Made by a program: the position numbers and the translations under genes. Shown here piece by piece: positions 59,101 to 64,000 of a stretch of 64,000 nt of DNA. The stretch lies in IMG/VR virus record IMGVR_UViG_3300018080_000169, one strand, 5' to 3'. Each line of letters opens with the position of its first letter. The first letter of the stretch is position 1. The notes beneath the pieces are model-generated. The model saw nothing but the letters and a program-made list of their open reading frames with translations, did not search any database and was not told where the DNA came from. Source of the stretch: an uncultured virus (IMG/VR IMGVR_UViG_3300018080_000169) (taxonomy: Duplodnaviria > Heunggongvirae > Uroviricota > Caudoviricetes).

Positions 59101-60209
59101 TCCCTCAATTCTCTTTCTGCGTTTTCGCTATTTATATCAACCTCTAACCTATCCCATTCTTTAGCGTTTTTCTGACTTGTCTTTCTGCTTGAACCTTCCG
59201 AAAAGTCCCATTCTTTAGCTATTACAATAGCTTTTGTCGGAGTAGTCTTTGCGGTTATTACTCCGCCTTTGCAATATTCACCAATTTTAAAAGTTTTTTC
59301 TGCCATAGTGTTTTTATTTATATAACGAATTGTTTTTTTAAAGTAATGAATTATATATTTTCAAACGGGTCCCAAGAAAATATTTGATAATCTAACTGAA
59401 GTCTTTTCCTTACTTTCTTCTTTTTCTTACGTGGGTAATTTTTAGACCTTTGCCATTCTTCACGAATTTCTTTTAACTTTTCTTCATTGTTGCCCCTCAT
59501 TGTGCTTTCAAACATCAATGCCATTCCATATAACATACCTAACATTTTGCTCATGCTTTTTCCTCCAACGCCTTTTTAATTTGGTGATAAATTTGAAATT
59601 GCATATCATATTGAATTTGAGCATAATTTTCTTCACTCCCAGAAAATCCAACTTCTTTTAAAATCTCCTTTGTCTTTCTTAAAGATATATCCCTTAATTT
59701 TTTAAGAAGTTTATCATCATATTCAGATATTTTTTGTCCCATTTGCTTTTATTTATATAACGAATTAAAAGGGAGAAGTAATGAAAAATCCCCCACTTAA
59801 TTTAAGCGGGGGAGAGATTTTATTCTAGCTCCTCAACAATTTGCTTAATATCTATAATAAAACTTTCAAAATCTTCTAAACTTTCTCTTATTTTAAAGTT
59901 TTCCCTGTATTCTTTATTTAAACGGTGAATTTCAATTTCTTCATCAACATCAAAATTATCTACATAAAACTGTAGTTGTTCTTTAACTGGTTTATTTTTA
60001 TTAATAGTAATAATCATATCTACACCGCCGTCTGTCCATTTTTCAAGCTCTATTATATCATCTGAAAAGTGAACGCCAAAATGTTTGTCTAATATTTGTT
60101 TATTTTTTTCTGTCATAATTAACTCCTTTTTTTATATAACGAATTAAAAAATTGAAGTAATGAAAAATAAAAACCCCCCCCCACTTAATTTAAGCGGGGG
60201 AGAGTTTTT

Positions 60210-60548
60210 TTAGACGTATTCGCCATTTTTTACTTTATCCATAACTTGCTTCAGGGTATAGTCGCCAGGGTCAAAATACATATCTCTTTCAATTCCAAGT
60301 CCAAAAGGGAGTTTTAAACTTTCAAGCTCATCAAGCGAAACAGTGCCACATTCGGCAAATGTAGGGTCCCCCAAATTTGCAAAGCACATAAATATCCTAT
60401 CTTCCTCATTGTATTCATAAAGGTACCAAGTAGAATTTCCAACGGGTGTAAAATATTTTGCAATTACCTTTATTTCTTCTGCTGTCATTTCAGAAGTATC
60501 GCCCTGCTTTTTAAAAGCATCCAGAATTTTTTTTGTAAGTAGTTTCAT
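60210..60548 (-). CDS. DUF2958-like protein
   Basis: K.FTP....TWY..E...F....LG....E.G.VSL.EL.....P.GL.IERD. Confidence 0.7.
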   Translation of the reverse strand: MKLLTKKILDAFKKQGDTSEMTAEEIKVIAKYFTPVGNSTWYLYEYNEEDRIFMCFANLGDPTFAECGTVSLDELESLKLPFGLGIERDMYFDPGDYTLKQVMDKVKNGEYV

Positions 60549-62285
60549 AGTCGTTTGTTTTTGTTTATATAACGAAATTAAATTTTAAAGTAATGAATGA
60601 ATATTCAGCTAAAATTTCTTTTTCAATTTCTTTTATTATTGCTGTTCTCTGTGCTTCTTTTCTTTCTTCGTATATTTCTTCAGCGTGTCTATAAAAAAGA
60701 AAGTTTATATCTTCTTCAAACTCTTTTATAATTTTGTTATATTTAAGCTCTTTAAATATTAGTGTAAATCTTTTGCGTGTTCTTCGCCCCTCTAATATTT
60801 CTCCGTCCCAAATTATAACTTTAATTTCAAAATCATTTTTGTTAAAAGTTAGTGATACATCTAAATTATGTGAATATGTTGTCCAAGAATCAATTTTTTT
60901 CAATTTCTTCTTCATTTCTTCTTTTGTGTCAGGATAAACAAAAAAATTTTTTGCCTCATATTCCTGAAAGTCTAAATTGTGCTTTTTACAAAAATAAAAA
61001 AATTCAGCACCATGTCTAAAATTTCCTGTTCGTATATAACCCAAAATTTTTGCCTTTTTTGAAAGTGTTTTTATTGTTGTCATTTGTTTTTATTTATATA
61101 ACGAATTAAAAGGGAGAAGTAATGAATTAAAAGTAAAATTCATCAATTTTTATATCAAATCCTTGTAAACCAAAAATAAGTTCTACAAAATTATTATATG
61201 TATTTTCTCCAATATATCCTTCAGTTACAATTTTTCCGTCTCGTATTTCAATGTGTCCAAGCACCTGTCCTTTTTTTCTAATTGACATCAAATGTTGGTC
61301 TATTGTTAAATCTAAATTTTTATAGTCCATGATATTTTACTTTTATTTATATAACGAATAGAAATTATGAAGTAATGAAATTATACTCAAACCCTTTTGT
61401 TTTGTCAAACATAGCTTTAAAAATATCTTTAGGTTTTTCATTTTGTAAACAAATATTCATAGCGTCATCTGAAGTATGGTCTAATTTTTCGCCTTCTTTA
61501 ATAACTTCAATTATTGGACGGGGAGAAATTAGTGTAGGGGGTTTTCCTACTTCGTGCAAACCAAAAATTATTTCAACATCATCTTTTATATAGCAAATAT
61601 CCAAATCTCCCATTGAAGAAAAAAAATCTGTATAATGCTTTTCTTCTGAATATTCCCACTCTTTTGTTTTCCTGTTAAATCTTTTCCTGTATGGTTTAAA
61701 TCCTTTTTGTTTTATGTATTTTGTGAAATTCATTTGATTATATAACGAATAAAAAAGGAGAAGTAATGAAAATCAATTATGAAAAATCTTTATTCATCCA
61801 ATATTCATCATCACCTGGGTCTTGACATTCATATCTTTCAGCCCTTTCATCTAACCACGCCTGACTAGCGGGAGAGATACGAGTTGTATTGTTTCTTTTG
61901 TTCGGGGTTACTGTATTCCAATATTTATCTTTACAAACTGTTTTGCCCTTTGTTCTGCAAAATGCTTGTTGATAGTGTTCTTTTATAAACTTTGTCCCGC
62001 AACTAGGACAAATACATTCTTCACCAACTTTTTTGGACTTATTTAATTTGTATCGTTCTTTTAGTTTCATTTAACAATATACATTATTAAAGTTAGATAT
62101 ATTTATATATATACCACTATCAATATTGTTTTTCTTCCTTATCCTGCCAAGTTCTTTATCTTTTTGTTCATCAACATCAAAAGGATTAAGATATTCTGAA
62201 GGCAAATAGTGCCACCCTTCTTTATCAAAATATTTTACTGTATATAATGATTTTTTCATATTGTTTATTTTATTTATATAACGAA

Positions 62286-62426
62286 TTATTTTTTAAAAGT
62301 AATGATTTTATATATATTTAATTTTTTACATTTAGCACAACGCCTCGCTTCTTTACCTAAATACCTGGCACTCAAAACCTCTTCAGCTTCGCAACATGGA
62401 CTTAATTTTTTATTTTCTTTGTTCAT
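62286..62426 (-). CDS. 46-aa Cys-rich protein not in the ORF track; paralog of 57531-57668
   Basis: SPCC.AE..LS.R.LGKE..RC.KCKKLN.YK in both. Confidence 0.65.
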   Translation of the reverse strand: MNKENKKLSPCCEAEEVLSARYLGKEARRCAKCKKLNIYKIITFKK

Positions 62427-64000
62427 GCTGTTTGTTTTATTTATATAACGAATTATTTTTTTGAAGTAACAAGCTCTTTAAAATTATTGTTGCCATTTAT
62501 CCAACAATATAAATTTCGGCTAACTGCAAAATATTTGTCAAATACGCCCTCAATTATATTTCTTGCCCTGCTTATCTTATCACACATTTCAGAATAAGGG
62601 AGATTTTCATTTCTTATTTTGTCTTCTTCTTCTCTTTCTAAATCCCTTTGTATTCGTTCTAACCTGTCTAAATTACTTCCATATCTTTTGTAATAAGTAG
62701 CATATTTTTTGATTGCTTTTTCTGTTTTGTTTTCTATTCTGCACATACGATTTTTATTTATATAACGAATAAAAACTTTGAAGTAACAAAATTTTTGTCT
62801 ATTTCTTTTTTTCTTCAAAAAACTCTAAAGGTGTAACTACCTTAGCTCTATTACCAATAATTTCTTGTGCCGTTTCATATTGTAATTCAGAAAACAAATT
62901 TCTAACTTCGTTTTCTGTGTATAGCTTTAATAATTTTAAAAAATATTTTTTCATAAGTGTTTGTTTTGTTTATATAACGAATATAAATTATGAAGTAATG
63001 ATTATATTATTGCTAAAAATTCTCTATCTGTAAAATAATCCAGAATAGGTGTTGTATTTATTACTTCTAGTATTATGGCAATGTCTATTTTATTAGAATT
63101 TGCTTTTTTAGTTTCCTTAGCAACTTGTTTTGCAGTTTCTAAAGTTCCTATATGGTCTTGCAACCAATATCCATTAATTTTATTTTGCCTTTTTGATGAT
63201 ATGTTTATTAAAGAAAATTTGCTCATTTGTTTTTGTTTATATAACGAATAAAAACTGAGAAGTAATGAAGTTTCTAAAAGGATAACGAAAAACTGTCTAT
63301 TCTTTAGCAAAGGGAAGTGAATAGTATTTGACAAGTCTATCAAAATCTTTATTAATAAACATATCATAAACAGTTGTATCATCAAAATCTTTTAATAATC
63401 CTGAATTGTACCCCACTCTTTTATATCCGTTTGAAGTTAATACATCATAGACATATTTGAACGCTATTGTAGTAAATCTTTTTATTCTAAATTTTAGTTT
63501 ATCATCATCCGTTGTTGGTACATCAATAACCCAACTTAAAAGAATATCATCCCAAGCATCATACCCATTATCTCTACCACTAAAATAAGCATCATCTGGT
63601 ATATCATTATCTTTCATAAATTTAGGTATATCTAAAGGATTAACATCAATAATACTAACGCTTTTAATAATCTTCTTTGTAATTGGAGTTTGCCTATCAA
63701 GTTTGCCTATTGCGTCATTTAATGCCTTTATAATAAGAGTTTTCATCTTTGCTTGTTTATTTATATAACGAATAAAAACTGAGAAGTAATGAAAATTAAT
63801 TTAAAATTTTTTCTCTATCTGAATCTAAACCAGTATAAAATACTTGTATTTCGCTATCAATTTCATCAATAGTATGTTCATAAACAACTATTTGTCCATC
63901 ATTATTTTTAACGTCTGTTATTGCATCTTCATCTTTTTTTACCATTTCAATAGCTTTTTCTAAATTACTGGCAATACCAATTACTCTATGAGAAGCCCAA

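Larger units (their letters stand above)
20548..60204. repeat. dispersed CCCCCACTT(A)...(T)AAGTGGGGG(AGAG) inverted-repeat family, about 18 copies; probable terminators and/or protein-binding sites
   Basis: About 20548, 21027, 22996, 23490, 28487, 29525 (partial), 30364, 31926, 34866, 36745, 39330, 40886, 43570, 49430, 49804, 55469, 59789, 60174; mostly just past 3' ends of minus-strand genes. Confidence 0.85.
53166..63746 (-). other. run of about 30 short acidic hypothetical genes, mostly one per class II promoter
   Basis: ORF track plus promoter units; no recognisable domains except DUF2958. Confidence 0.7.
22694..63792 (-). promoter_or_regulatory. class II promoter-like unit CATTAC-N15-CGTTATA (+ strand TATAACG-N15-GTAATG), about 66 copies
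   Basis: E.g. near 22694, 24317, 25684, 30305, 31276, 34832, 36253, 39297, 42378, 46241, 50050, 54504, 57113, 60135, 63764; all in one orientation, usually about 10-50 nt upstream of a start codon, fixed spacing. Confidence 0.9.

Noticed and set aside
20548..60204. Hairpins as integron attC sites
   Set aside because: No RYYYAAC/GTTRRRY ends and no tyrosine integrase in the window
2853..61593. Many opposite-strand ORFs (e.g. 2853-3197, 26664-27095, 34901-35497, 49102-49587)
   Set aside because: Antisense shadows of better-supported genes, Ser/Phe-rich, with no promoter or RBS
19588..62603. GGGAGA as T7-type transcription starts
   Set aside because: No TAATACGACTCACTATA-like sequence upstream and no single-subunit RNA polymerase in the window
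49020..63385. Long N-termini of ORFs 49020-49436, 55500-55769, 57531-57770, 62453-62818 and 63002-63385
   Set aside because: They read through promoter or intergenic units; likely starts are near 49403, 55706, 57668, 62746 and 63226
22694..63792. Repeated ~30-bp unit as a CRISPR array
   Set aside because: Units are separated by whole genes of variable length, have a degenerate middle with two fixed boxes, and no cas genes are present

Overview
Very AT-rich, gene-dense segment of what is most likely a large (jumbo-type) dsDNA phage genome; Bacteroidota-type TTTG-N19/20-TAnnTTTG promoters suggest a Bacteroidota-related host. I recognised no structural or core replication genes, so this looks like an accessory region. 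About 1-12 kb (mostly minus strand) holds DNA methyltransferases, repair and nucleotide enzymes, and an IS607 (tnpA+tnpB) that splits a gene. About 12-19.3 kb is a plus-strand block of small genes, followed by a G/C-tract-rich non-coding stretch at about 19.6-20.2 kb. From about 22.7 kb to the end, nearly every small minus-strand gene has its own copy of a conserved promoter-like unit (minus strand CATTAC-N15-CGTTATA, about 66 copies counted by eye), often next to a CCCCCACT...AGTGGGGG hairpin. This array includes an ECF sigma factor, a ParB-like protein, a split DNA polymerase X, two DUF723-type endonucleases and three structurally lesioned tRNA genes. Main highlights: the promoter-delimited cassette array; two ECF-type promoter classes plus a phage ECF sigma (possible cascade); a strongly strand-biased GGGAGA motif written into coding sequence; and a Glu-rich leader peptide with terminator/antiterminator upstream of a tRNA-Glu-like gene. 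All family calls come from recognising motifs by eye, and all counts are manual.
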